Positions 39,601-54,600 of a stretch of DNA of 64,000 bases are shown one piece after another. A program made the position numbers and the translations under genes. The notes under the pieces are model-generated. The model was not told the DNA's origin and searched no databases. It worked only from the letters and a program-made list of their open reading frames with translations. How positions within the stretch are numbered: position 1 is the first letter of the stretch; every line of letters begins with the position of its first letter. Source of the DNA: Antedon mediterranea (taxonomy: Eukaryota; Animalia; Echinodermata); NCBI RefSeq assembly GCF_964355755.1, contig NC_092674.1:18662001-18726000 (forward strand). The letters run 5' to 3'.

Positions 39601-42600
39601 AACATTTTAATGCGAAAAGACTGTCGTCCGTTAACGAGTTATGAAGTTTTGGACTCTGAAAATAATATGTTCGCCGTGTTATTTGGTTACGTTTTGTTCA
39701 TATTTTATCATCATCAAAGATGTCTTTCGTATAGTGATAAAGGCGAATTTCGGGTATGCATTGCATCTCATTATTAATTAACCCATTAGCTTTACTAATG
39801 TTTAAATAAGAGTGATCACCGAGCTTAACAGCAAATACATTTTCTATGCGAACATGCTGAAAACAACAGACAGAAGTCTAAGCAGTGTGGTCGGACAGTA
39901 GTTCAATTATAGTTTAAATGTTTTGCTCTTGTTTACTTATATTTTATTGATATTATATAATTTGAAATTAAGATCACATTTAAATTGAACATGCAAATAA
40001 TACAATTTAAATGTACCACAGAACATCTGAACCTCATTTTATATCAAAACATTCCGGCGAATCAGCATTTGCTTTGCGCTAACATTTTTTAAAAAAGCCA
40101 AAATTAGATACAGGAAAAAAAAAATAGACCCGCCGCTGTGCAAGTAGCAGCTCCAGCAATGCTGGATGATCCGTTCGACTTGTCACCGACTCCCTTCGTC
40201 CTATTATGTGAATAAGACTTTGAGCGCCATTTCATTACAGACTGGGGAAGTTCAAACAATCAATGCGAGCACGCTGCCAGCTCAGCAAGGCAGTAAAGTG
40301 CAATTTACCCAAAATCGTTTTGGCTCGAATATCTGGTCCCCCATTCCCTATTTTAAAATCAAGGATACACACCTGACCTCCACTTCCAAAATCGTTCCCA
40401 CATCGCTGTTAAAGTATGCCAGAATTTTTTTGTCACAAATACGCAAATGTGATAAAAAGATGGTTCCTAAAATTTAACATTATAGATGATTATAAGTCCA
40501 GCTATAAGCCTACATTGTTTAGTAATTAGTGATGTTACACAGAGCTATAAATTAACGGTTTAATAGTTAATAAGCTTTATTTATTCACGGACACTTAACT
40601 AAACTGAAAGTATACAGGAAAGCAAAAAGTAGACTTTAATTACTATTAAAAAAAGCAGATAATAAAACAATTACAATGAAACAATGATACACTTATTATT
40701 ACTATGGTAGGCCAAAGGCACATGCTATACTATACTTGGTTACTTGGTAGTAGGCCCTGTTAGTCAGGTGGCTTAGCAACTTAATTGTCACACGGTGGAC
40801 AAAAGCACCAAATTTGGCATTAGGCTTCTTTTAGATAACTACTAATTGATTTTTGCCTAGGAGCCTCCGATCAGCTTCCGATTTTTCATGATTGCGGCCA
40901 AAACATCAAGCCATGTCTCAGATATGGCGCATACACCGATATTTGATAAATAAAATCATGCAGTTCAACATATTTATTTGTTATACCGCTTTCTTTTCCT
41001 TTTGTAACAAACGTAGGACGGAAAGAACTGAAAATATCTTCAAATTTATTATCAGGGTAGGAATTGTTTAGTTTTTTCTTGCCATTTCCATTTCATCTGT
41101 TTCTGGCCTTATAATTTTCCTTTTCTTATCTTCCAGTTTGAATCTTCTATTCTCTTTTTACCAGAGAGCTTCCCCTAGTTTTAGATTGTCCTCTCTTTTG
41201 TAAAATATATAGGGGACTAAAAAAAGTTTTTTTTTTATTGATGAACCAGAGGTCCATTCTTAACTGTTTGTCATTTGTCGGAAAAACCTCATCTGAAATT
41301 AAAACGTTGTGCACGATTATCAGAAGAAAAAATGAGTTCATTGTAGTCTGCAGGTCTTTTTGGCATGTTTTTTTAAACTAGGAAGTGCATAGTGTTATGC
41401 AACCCTTAACAAAAAATTGTTGGCTACATAGACCGGCAGCCCAGAGACATTTGTATAGACGAACTAGGTACCAATATCTGACTATGTAAGTGTGTTGGGG
41501 GTCACTTGAAGTCAATGTAAATGGGAGTATGCCGGGTCTCTAGTCAAACTTGCGGTGCAGCAGACAATTAGTCTGTCGTTACCCATATAGTATTGCATGA
41601 ACACAACTTGTTCATTTGGCATTAATTTTGAGTAGTACCTCACTCATCTATGCTATCCCCATTTTTATGCCCTCCCTCGGGGGTCTGGCGGGCCTATTGC
41701 AGCATACAAAATGTCTGTCGTTGGTGATATTGGTATAAGGATGGCAATGGGCATCCCATGGTGGTGAAATTAGGTGGTATCTCTCATCTAATTGGTGCCA
41801 ATTTGTTAGCACCTTTCGGGTCCCCCGGTCTAGACGCAGACTCCCATTTACATTGACTTAAAGTGACCCCCAACACACTTAATAGTCAGATATTGGTACC
41901 TAGCTCATCTAACCAAATGTCTCTGGGCTGCCTGTCTAACACTGATCATAACATGCACCTTTGGTCTACCATAAAAACTATTAGGCGCTTATCATGATCA
42001 ATCAGTTAAATTGTAAATGAGCTCTGTGAAAGTAACATTGCTAATAATTACATACTTACAGCACATTAAGTATATTCTAAACAATGTAGGCCTAAAATTG
42101 CAGGACTATTATTAATCACATAGAATGTTGTATTTTAGGAACCATGATTTTATCATGTCTACATGCCGTGATGCAACCAGCGGGGGATTAAACGTATGTT
42201 TACATAATGATCTAGTTCACAACCTTTTTCCCAACAAATTTTCGATGACCGCTTCAGCATGCTATACCATGAGTTCCGACTTTTAACAGGATGTAACTGC
42301 TAAACAGTTACGTAATCAACGGGATATTGACACACGCTTTTTTCCCGAATATATTACACGGACAGTAGGAATGCAAGGGTACATGTTTTCTGGATAGTAC
42401 TGTACAGTAGTACAATGTGCATTGAAGACTAGGCTACTTCTCTACATCAGATACATGTGAAAGCACTGTCATACTGTAGATCAAAGATTATTAAAATCCC
42501 TTTTAAACCCTAAATGAAATTGTCCTAAACATGTATAAAAAGTAATTAATTCAATATAAAAAGGTCAACTAACTTTTTGCTTTTAAAATATATGTATCTG

Positions 42601-45600
42601 TGTCCTATTATTATTACTCCTTAGTTCAATAGAATTCTTACCTGGGCAATATGAGAAAGGCTTGATTTTCTGACAAGCAATTTCACAAAACTTGTTGCAG
42701 CTGTAAACAAAATACATTTATTTATACCGGTAATATTTTTTAATTTAAAATTGCAATGCATCTGTGTGTGTAAATTTTAAATAATGGTACAGATACTGTA
42801 GTATAGTCAATGTGAATGGGTACACTTTTTTATTTTCATCTTTTTCACATTATTTTTTGAATATAATAGCATTTTATGTATTCTGAGAGACGTATTTTTT
42901 AAGATGGCTAATTATGAACAAAAGCAAAATTGCTCCACCTTTCATGCACAATAGATAGCATTTAGAGGCTAATGCATCTAAAATATTTCTCCTAGTATTA
43001 AGTTTATATTATTTTATTTATCAAATGGTAACTAGATTTGAATGTCACTTCGAATGAGTTGGTTATCCGTGCTAATGAAACATGCATGTATGTTAAAATA
43101 TGAACGCAGAAAATTGATTATGCCATTCTTCTAGGTTTACAGTGCTGAATTGTGTTTATTACCCTTTACACAATGTAAAGAGTCGAGACATATATTTTCC
43201 AGGTTGTTTGCTATCCTCGCTCACTATGTATTTCATTTTATTGACATCGATAAAGCATAAACATAGTGAATATATGAAACTAGACTTTAGGCATATACTA
43301 TAGCCCATATGACGATTTTTTGGCTATTCTGCATAGCCAGCAGGCAAATTTCTTTTCATACTACTAGTACTAGGCTAAGATCGTCTGCCTTTTACTTTAC
43401 CTCATTTGCCATCTCTTGGCTATGCTGTGCAGAAAAAGTTTGTTTTTACTAATTTTAGTTAAATTCTGCGCATGCATTTCTCTCCTAGGATGTGTACCCT
43501 CTACGTGTGGACAAGTGATTTTAAAAGGGGAATTCCTGAAAGTGTAAACATGAAAGCGACTGCCACTGTCATAGTACGACAGCAATTGTTATTAGTTGGC
43601 TGCAGTGTATCTAAAATCAGGCCTATTTTAAAGTATAAGACTGATTTCCGATGACCTGGTGCTCTTTTTTTTAATCAAAATTTTATATATAAATGTTGTC
43701 ACTGGATAAAATTAATTTTGCACACCTGTCCCGAGGCTCTAACCTATTGGTGTTTCTACATTATATTATAACTGCATGCTTTACTACATAAACGGTGGAG
43801 TGTTGTACACTATGGTTGTTACTACATTACTACACAGAGCACTTTCCTATATATTTTGTGGATAGTACACCTTAGATAGGCCTCATAGTGTAAGTACTTA
43901 CAGTCAAAAATCACCTTCACCGCGGCATAAGCTCATACCCTATGGTATTTACACAGTATATTGGAATATATTGGAAAGTTTAATAAAAGTATGACGATGA
44001 GGGCGCACTTTATTTTATGGAAGTCCTTTTTTATTTGAACATTTTAAACATATTTCTGTAAATATTTAAGTTTATATTTGGATTTCTTTATAGGTTATGT
44101 ATTTTATTATATAATGTATTGTAAACTATACTTAAATTATTGTGAAAACTGTTAATTAGTGTAGGTTTTATAAAAATATTTTCTCGCTAAATCCCAGATT
44201 TAGAACAAAGCAACATCAAGAAATGATCTTTACAATATTCTAAACATGCTTTGTAAATTTCATTAGGGTACTTTACTTATGCAGGAGCATCACACAGATA
44301 AAAATAACAAATAAATCTGTTATTATGATGATTTTACAGATGTATTCTCACACTGTTTGAATACTCCATGAATGTGTTTTTGTTTCTATGCGCCAAAAGA
44401 GCAACTATAATATAGTGCATTTATTTGTGAAAATCGTGTTCAAATTTAATAATATTGTCAATGTTGATCAAAATAATGTGTTACTGCTGATACTGTACTG
44501 TTTTCAAAGAATATTTATCAAGGCTAAATCATTACCAATACATAGAGTGATGTAGTGAGTTAGCTATGTTAGATTTATTGTAATGTAAAAATAGGTATTC
44601 ACATTGATGATCCTAAATTCTATTCTTAACGAAAATTATCACTATCAGCAGTAACATTTGACATTGACAAAATATATTGAAAATACGGGTTCTACACAAT
44701 TGGCACTCCTGGTAGAAACAAAACAACATATTCTTGCAATTCATGGAAAATATGCGAATAGTGCAAGAATGTCTGTAAAATCCTCATGATTTATTTGTCA
44801 TTTTTTCCTGTAAAGTTTGGAGTAGATACAAGACAGGTGTGAAAGTGCACCCGATGACCTAACAATTGTAAAATTTAATTTAAATTTAAAAACTTAATCG
44901 CAAAATTGCAATGATCAACATTTTTTGGGGGGCCTGAGCTGAATTGGCTTCCCTATGAGGTAGTGTAATGAGCAACCAACAAAGTTTACCTTGATTCTTG
45001 GCCTCAAACACTTTCTTTGGTAGTTTTTGTATGTATTTACTTAACTTGCTTCTAAAGTCCTTGGCAAAGATTCTAACTGCTTTTAAGAGGCTGTCAACAA
45101 ATAAGCCTATAGTCAGTTCAATATTATATTAATAGCAAGTTAATGCAGACGATTTTCTATTAGAAATAACATTCTACCTAAAATCAAAAGAGTACCAAAC
45201 AGTGTGTATGTTGTGGCTAAAGAAGAAACAAACCTTTGTGGTACCTCTTGAGTTATACCAGGAATGAGAATGCCAATAATGGTCTTGTACAGAAGTATAT
45301 CACAGAAATAGATAGTTCCTGCCAAAGAAGGCATTTGAAGCAACTGGAGATTGGAAACACTCAGATCTTGCCAAAAGCTCATAATTATACTGTATATCTG
45401 TGCATAAAAAGTACAGCTTATGTTTAAATCAACATACATACACGATGCAGAAGGCACGCTCCCAATCCACGACCTCTCGATTCCTAACCTGGCCATAGCA
45501 GGTGCCGATGTAGTACTGCACCAACAGTATGATAATTTAGATAACTTCTGTGAAGTAGCTTCTCACCCAAGAATTACTAACTCACATGTACTCAATATCA

Positions 45601-48600
45601 TTTAAATTTATGTCAAACAGGGCAAAACATCTGTTCATAACTTAGCTCTCTGATGAAAAACTACTTTGCAGTAGCTATTTAAATTATCACCATGCTGAAG
45701 ATTATCAAGAAGAAATAAATCTTAATTTAATTAAAAAACTAGAATAAAGGGCACTGTGAGAGTGCACTAACTGTAAAATTCCGCTACATAAGATTTCTCC
45801 CAAAAATATATATTAAATGTTTTATTTTTGTGTCTAATGCTAATATTAGGCTAACTAATCACTACAACCTTGTGAATGTGAGTTGGTGTAATGGTTATAT
45901 ATCCAGCCTTAAACAATTGAGGTCCCTGGTTCAATTCCTGCTGAGGATCTTTTTTTTTTCATCATCCTTATTTTTTTTTCTATTTTATTATTTTTTACTA
46001 TTAATAATATTTTATAAAGTTACGTTAACACTGCTTAGTACTAGATCGCCGGCTTTTGAAACTGTCTCCTATCTTTTAACACTAGTAAGTCTGAAAATAA
46101 TAATAAGTGGTCCAGAATTGGGATCCTGGTCCGGATTGCCTCCAAAATTTAATGAAGTGATCCTTGATCACATATCTATCTGTGATTTTAATTTGGTAAA
46201 GATCTGCTAACAAACAAACAGACAAATAAAAGCACTTAAAAACTGAGTGAAGTACTTGGAAAAAAATATTCACAGAGAGGGAGCATGTTTGTAGATACAT
46301 TTTTTTGCATTAGGTATTACCTTTACATGGTTTAAATCCTGCTGGGGTTTATAATTTTTTTAAATAACGTTTAATACAAACAAACTCCTGTATTGCAACA
46401 ATGACCTTTCTGAATTCAAGATTGACCAGAACAATGGTCGAGGATAGCTTGAAGCTGTGCTGATTTGCCTTAACCCATGGAGTAAGCTTAACCGCTCGGC
46501 CAGTCGACTAATATTTTTGTCCATGTCAAAGAATATGTCCATGTTAAAAGAATACAGAAGGCGTGCTATTTAATATTATGAAAGATAAGCTTTTGACCAA
46601 TACTGTATATTAATTTTCCTGAAAAAATCCTGAAATAAAAAATAACACATGCTGGTACTAAAAAACTAACTACCAAAAAAAAAAACAAAAACAATAGTTT
46701 AATTTGAATAACAATAGAACGGCAAAAGCAAGCAGGTGAATTTGAGAGGAAATTGGTTTTTTTTTAAACTACTCGTATCAAAAAACCTGTACATTAAATC
46801 AAATTACGTTTTTAAATTACAAATCACAAATTATAACTCTTGCCTCTTGTACAAAAATGAGGTTTTTTGGACAAGTAGTTCTCGAGAAAATGCAAGTTCA
46901 GTTACTTTAAAACTGCTCGCCGGCTTTTTAAATTTGTCTCTTATCTTTTAACACTAGCCGGTCTGAAAATAATAACATTATTGTTATTTGTGAAGTTATT
47001 AATAAACCGATTTTCTTGAATTTCAGTGGTCTGTAAGTATACCTATCTACACTGAAAAAAAAAGAAAAAATTGCAGGCGCTATAGTGCTAACAAACATAC
47101 AAACAAATAGAGTACTGAACAGTAAGAAACAGACTAAATACACGCAATCGACTACATAACCTCCTGCGGAAGAGGTAATAAAGATTAATATGTTTTAAAA
47201 TCATCCTTAGGACTTCAAAGAGAAATACTGAATAACAGAATGAGGTTAGTAAAAAGGTTCATCTGGATCACTGTATAGTATTTTAAGTAAATTTTCTTTT
47301 GGATGATCCAAAGTCGAATAAAATTCGTAAACTTACGTTTTACTAAAGAGGAGGCCCCGACAATCCCATTTGGGAAAACCTGAACGATCTATAGATGGCG
47401 CTATACCATATACGAGATCTAATTAATCATGATCATGATTAAGCTGCGTCGTTGACCAGCGAAAGCTAGAGTAAAAAACGTAAGTTTACGAATTTTATTC
47501 GACTTTGGATCATCCAAAAGAAAATTTACTTAAAAGAATGAGGTTATATGAATTGTCTGTATCGAATTTTGAGCAATGAAATAAAACTTACAGTAGGCCT
47601 ATTGTAATCTTACCTCTGAAAATTTTCCCTTCAAAATGGCTTCAAGTAGAAGCTCACAATGGGTCCTGTACTCTGTTAGAAATACATCCACCTAAAGAAT
47701 ATAATTTTAATTGGCGAGATGATTTGCAATACTCTTGACGTAACTGTATGCTTACTGAATACTCATTGTGAGTTTGGATTATGATAGTTATTTGTTACTA
47801 GTACTAGTTTGTTAATGTTTTACAGTTGTTACTTAACTGTTGTAATAGTTAATACTGTTGTAATAGTTAATACGGTTGTAATAGTTAATACTGTTGTAAT
47901 AGTTAATACTGTTGTAATAGTTAATACTGTTGTAATAGTTAATACGGTTGTAATAGTTAATACTGTTGTAATAGTTAATACTGTTGTAATAGTTAATACT
48001 GTTGTAATAGTTAATACTGTTGTAATAGTTAATACGGTTGTAATAGTTAATACTGTTGTAATAGTTAATACTGTTGTAATAGTTAATACGGTTGTAATAG
48101 TTAATACGGTTGTAATAGTTAATACTGTTGTAATAGTTAATACGGTTGTAATAGTTAATACTGTTGTAATAGTTAATACTGTTGTAATAGTTAATACGGT
48201 TGTAATAGTTAATACGGTTGTAATAGTTAATACGGTTGTAATAGTTAATACTGTTGTAATAGTTAATACTGTTGTAATAGTTAATACTGTTGTAATAGTT
48301 AATACGGTTGTAATAGTTAATACTGTTGTAATAGTTAATACTGTTGTAATAGTTAATACTGTTGTAATAGTTAATACTGTTGTAATAGTTAATACTGTTG
48401 TAATAGTTAATACTGTTGTAATAGTTAATACGGTTGTAATAGTTAATACGGTTGTAATAGTTAATACTGTTGTAATAGTTAATACGGTTGTAATAGTTAA
48501 TACTGTTGTAATAGTTAATACGGTTGTAATAGTTAATACGGTTGTAATAGTTAATACTGTTGTAATAGTTAATACTGTTGTAATAGTTAATACTGTTGTA

Positions 48601-51600
48601 ATAGTTAATACGGTTGTAATAGTTAATACTGTTGTAATAGTTAATACGGTTGTAATAGTTAATACTGTTGTAATAGTTAATACGGTTGTAATAGTTAATA
48701 CTGTTGTAATAGTTAATACGGTTGTAATAGTTAATACTGTTGTAATAGTTAATACTGTTGTAATAGTTAATACGGTTGTAATAGTTAATACGGTTGTAAT
48801 AGTTAATACTGTTGTAATAGTTAATACGGTTGTAATAGTTAATACTGTTGTAATAGTTAATACGGTTGTAATAGTTAATACTGTTGTAATAGTTAATACT
48901 GTTGTAATAGTTAATACTGTTGTAATAGTTAATACTGTTGTAATAGTTAATACGGTTGTAATAGTTAATACTGTTGTAATAGTTAATACTGTTGTAATAG
49001 TTAATACTGTTGTAATAGTTAATACTGTTGTAATAGTTAATACTGTTGTAATAGTTAATACTGTTGTAATAGTTAATACTGTTGTAATAGTTAATACTGT
49101 TGTAATAGTTAATACTGTTGTAATAGTTAATACTGTTGTAATAGTTAATACGGTTGTAATAGTTAATACGGTTGTAATAGTTAATACGGTTGTAATAGTT
49201 AATACGGTTGTAATAGTTAATACGGTTGTAATAGTTAATACGGTTGTAATAGTTAATACGGTTGTAATAGTTAATACGGTTGTAATAGTTAATACTGTTG
49301 TAATAGTTAATACTGTTGTAATAGTTAATACGGTTGTAATAGTTAATACGGTTGTAATAGTTAATACGGTTGTAATAGTTAATACTGTTGTAATAGTTAA
49401 TACGGTTGTAATAGTTAATACGGTTGTAATAGTTAATACGGTTGTAATAGTTAATACGGTTGTAATAGTTAATACGGTTGTAATAGTTAATACTGTTGTA
49501 ATAGTTAATACTGTTGTAATAGTTAATACTGTTGTAATAGTTAATACTGTTGTAATAGTTAATACTGTTGTAATAGTTAATACTGTTGTAATAGTTAATA
49601 CTGTTGTAATAGTTAATACGGTTGTAATAGTTAATACTGTTGTAATAGTTAATACGGCTGTAATAGTTAATACGGCTGTAATAGTTAATACGGTTGTAAT
49701 AGTTAATACTGTTGTAATAGTTAATACTGTTGTAATAGTTAATACTGTTGTAATAGTTAATACTGTTGTAATAGTTAATACGGTTGTAATAGTTAATACG
49801 GTTGTAATAGTTAATACGGTTGTAATAGTTAATACTGTTGTAATAGTTAATACTGTTGTAATAGTTAATACTGTTGTAATAGTTAATACTGTTGTAATAG
49901 TTAATACTGTTGTAATAGTTAATACTGTTGTAATAGTTAATACTGTTGTAATAGTTAATACTGTTGTAATAGTTAATACTGTTGTAATAGTTAATACGGT
50001 TGTAATAGTTAATACTGTTGTAATAGTTAATACGGTTGTAATAGTTAATACTGTTGTAATAGTTAATACGGTTGTAATAGTTAATACTGTTGTAATAGTT
50101 AATACTGTTGTAATAGTTAATACTGTTGTAATAGTTAATACTGTTGTAATAGTTAATACGGTTGTAATAGTTAATACGGTTGTAATAGTTAATACTGTTG
50201 TAATAGTTAATACGGTTGTAATAGTTAATACTGTTGTAATAGTTAATACTGTTGTAATAGTTAATACTGTTGTAATAGTTAATACTGTTGTAATAGTTAA
50301 TACTGTTGTAATAGTTAATACTGTTGTAATAGTTAATACTGTTGTAATAGTTAATACTGTTGTAATAGTTAATACTGTTGTAATAGTTAATACTGTTGTA
50401 ATAGTTAATACGGTTGTAATAGTTAATACTGTTGTAATAGTTAATACGGTTGTAATAGTTAATACTGTTGTAATAGTTAATACTGTTGTAATAGTTAATA
50501 CTGTTGTAATAGTTAATACTGTTGTAATAGTTAATACTGTTGTAATAGTTAATACTGTTGTAATAGTTAATACGGTTGTAATAGTTAATACGGTTGTAAT
50601 AGTTAATACGGTTGTAATAGTTAATACGGTTGTAATAGTTAATACTGTTGTAATAGTTAATACTGTTGTAATAGTTAATACTGTTGTAATAGTTAATACT
50701 GTTGTAATAGTTAATACGGTTGTAATAGTTAATACTGTTGTAATAGTTAATACGGTTGTAATAGTTAATACTGTTGTAATAGTTAATACTGTTGTAATAG
50801 TTAATACGGTTGTAATAGTTAATACGGTTGTAATAGTTAATACTGTTGTAATAGTTAATACTGTTGTAATAGTTAATACGGTTGTAATAGTTAATACTGT
50901 TGTAATAGTTAATACTGTTGTAATAGTTAATACTGTTGTAATAGTTAATACGGTTGTAATAGTTAATACGGTTGTAATAGTTAATACTGTTGTAATAGTT
51001 AATACTGTTGTAATAGTTAATACGGTTGTAATAGTTAATACGGTTGTAATAGTTAATACTGTTGTAATAGTTAATACGGTTGTAATAGTTAATACTGTTG
51101 TAATAGTTAATACTGTTGTAATAGTTAATACGGTTGTAATAGTTAATACGGTTGTAATAGTTAATACGGTTGTAATAGTTAATACGGTTGTAATAGTTAA
51201 TACTGTTGTAATAGTTAATACGGTTGTAATAGTTAATACGGTTGTAATAGTTAATACTGTTGTAATAGTTAATACGGTTGTAATAGTTAATACTGTTGTA
51301 ATAGTTAATACTGTTGTAATAGTTAATACTGTTGTAATAGTTAATACGGTTGTAATAGTTAATACGGTTGTAATAGTTAATACGGTTGTAATAGTTAATA
51401 CGGTTGTAATAGTTAATACGGTTGTAATAGTTAATACTGTTGTAATAGTTAATACTGTTGTAATAGTTAATACTGTTGTAATAGTTAATACGGTTGTAAT
51501 AGTTAATACTGTTGTAATAGTTAATACGGTTGTAATAGTTAATACGGTTGTAATAGTTAATACGGTTGTAATAGTTAATACGGTTGTAATAGTTAATACG

Positions 51601-54600
51601 GTTGTAATAGTTAATACTGTTGTAATAGTTAATACGGTTGTAATAGTTAATACTGTTGTAATAGTTAATACTGTTGTAATAGTTAATACTGTTGTAATAG
51701 TTAATACGGTTGTAATAGTTAATACGGTTGTAATAGTTAATACGGTTGTAATAGTTAATACTGTTGTAATAGTTAATACGGTTGTAATAGTTAATACTGT
51801 TGTAATAGTTAATACTGTTGTAATAGTTAATACTGTTGTAATAGTTAATACGGTTGTAATAGTTAATACTGTTGTAATAGTTAATACTGTTGTAATAGTT
51901 AATACTGTTGTAATAGTTAATACGGTTGTAATAGTTAATACGGTTGTAATAGTTAATACGGTTGTAATAGTTAATACTGTTGTAATAGTTAATACTGTTG
52001 TAATAGTTAATACGGTTGTAATAGTTAATACTGTTGTAATAGTTAATACGGTTGTAATAGTTAATACTGTTGTAATAGTTAATACTGTTGTAATAGTTAA
52101 TACTGTTGTAATAGTTAATACGGTTGTAATAGTTAATACGGTTGTAATAGTTAATACGGTTGTAATAGTTAATACGGTTGTAATAGTTAATACTGTTGTA
52201 ATAGTTAATACGGTTGTAATAGTTAATACGGTTGTAATAGTTAATACTGTTGTAATAGTTAATACGGTTGTAATAGTTAATACTGTTGTAATAGTTAATA
52301 CTGTTGTAATAGTTAATACTGTTGTAATAGTTAATACGGTTGTAATAGTTAATACGGTTGTAATAGTTAATACGGTTGTAATAGTTAATACTGTTGTAAT
52401 AGTTAATACGGTTGTAATAGTTAATACTGTTGTAATAGTTAATACTGTTGTAATAGTTAATACTGTTGTAATAGTTAATACGGTTGTAATAGTTAATACT
52501 GTTGTAATAGTTAATACGGTTGTAATAGTTAATACGGTTGTAATAGTTAATACGGTTGTAATAGTTAATACGGTTGTAATAGTTAATACTGTTGTTTCAG
52601 ATATTGTTGTTGTTATTAATGTTGTTAGTTATTACAGTTCCTACAGTTATCACTGTTGTCTAGTACGGTTGTTACAGTTACTACTGTTATTTCAGTTATT
52701 ACTGTTGTTACAGTTATATATGGCCTACATGAAAAAAGCATTCCCAATAACTAATAAATATACTGTACAGTATAATCTAGAATAAAATTCAATACAATCC
52801 CAAATCCAGTTGTGCCATTATGTATATAAAGAATTGAAACATGATTTAATACCTGATGTATATTTGCATTGAAAGGCAGCGATTTCAGCATGTATGCTTT
52901 AGGAAATTGAGGAAGCAAGGCTAGACCTAAGGCAGTGACTGGTGACAGACCACGATCAACTGCTGCCAAATCCTATTAATAAAAAATATTGTAACTGCAT
53001 GAAATACTGTACATTGTAAAAAAAGGAATCAGATTTTCACTATGACATGGTGCATTGCTTGAAAATAAGATTTGTTAACCTACAAAAAAATGCTAAATAA
53101 ATACTGACGATACTAACTAAAGGTGAGCTTATTGTGGCAGCATGTATTGCCTCAGACTGGTTTGGATTTTCTAACTGAACTTTAGGCTTAATGATTACTT
53201 CCACTTTGCTTGGTACAGTCCAACGTTTTGACATTTTTGGTTCAGGTGTAAAATGCTCTTTGCTGTGGCTAAGGCTTGAAGTTGGCTTCACTCGGATGCC
53301 ATAATAGTGGTACTTTGATTGGCCTCGAATACCTAAACGTCGTGTTTTAAGGTTGATAAAAATTTGCCGGATGAGCTGTTAAAAAAAAAAAAAGGTTTAC
53401 ATTCTGTAACAAAGCATTCCTTATAATTCCACTGTTAGTCTAGGCACAAAAATCTGAAAAAATGAGTTAGGGGGAGTGGAATGTTAGAGGCTGTCAACAT
53501 GGCCAGATATCCTAATTAATCACTGATCACTCTAAGCCCTGTTGACACTTAATTATTTGCCTTGTTTAGAAATTGTGGCCATTAAAATGGCCACCAATTT
53601 TATATAAAATGTGTAAAAAATGAGAATCTAAATTAGGTATACTAGATGGTACGCTTGCTTACCATCTAGGTCGTGTCCACAGATGGTTCTCGAATACTCA
53701 GCGTGAAAAAACTGGTGATTTTAACTCATTTAGACAAACCCAATTTGTGTTTTGTTTGTAATATTAGGGTTGAGGGATGGGGAAGAGGATGGGTACAAAG
53801 ATAAACAATTTTTTAATATATTCTTTATCCACTCAGTAACAAAATATTTGTTTCATGTTTTATAGGCCTATAAATAATACAGTATACCACCAAATACAGT
53901 AAAACATTTGCGATTTAATTCTTTCTTAAAACTGTCACTTTGATGGTCGATTGAAATAGTAAAGTACATGTAAACTACTTAAAAAATTGTAAAACATTCA
54001 GCGTATTTCCAAAATGTAGCCTATAATAAAGTTTCAATATTTAATTAATTTTAGGATATCTGGCTATGTTGGCAGCCTCTAACATTCCACTCCCACTACC
54101 TTGATTTCTAAGCATCTTTTCAGATTTTTGTCCTAGTCTATAGCACATTCTATTGCAGATTTGTAATTTTATTATAGTCAGACAAAATTATCTTTTTTTT
54201 GCAAAGAATGTGTTTTACCTTTCCAAATGTTGCAGGATTAATAGGTTCAAAATTATTAGAAGAACAGAACTCTGTGTACTGGTCATAAACAACACACCTA
54301 GGAACACTGTATCCTTCACATGTCTCATAGTTTTCAATTAACCTGGTAAAAATGTCATTTTATTGTATCTTTTAATAGTGAACAAAATGTGAATGTTTGT
54401 TAAACATAATACTATCCCCGGTCAGCTGTATGTTGTTGGTGACAATCAGTGGAAGATCCAATCTTAAAATTAACCTAATGTTCTATCTTTTGCATTTTAT
54501 TTGTAAATTGAATGTGACCATGCTGTTCTGTTGAATTGAAATACAGGTATCAATCCATATAATTTCTACTTCAAAAAATATCTACTATTAACCAAGAATG

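Noticed and set aside
45877-45947. Functional tRNA gene
   Set aside because: A and B boxes are present but the acceptor stem does not pair.
47809-52785. 1658-aa ORF of (TVVIVN)n
   Set aside because: It is a by-product of a stop-free 18-bp satellite. It has a TTG start and lies antisense within an RFX intron, with no other evidence of coding.
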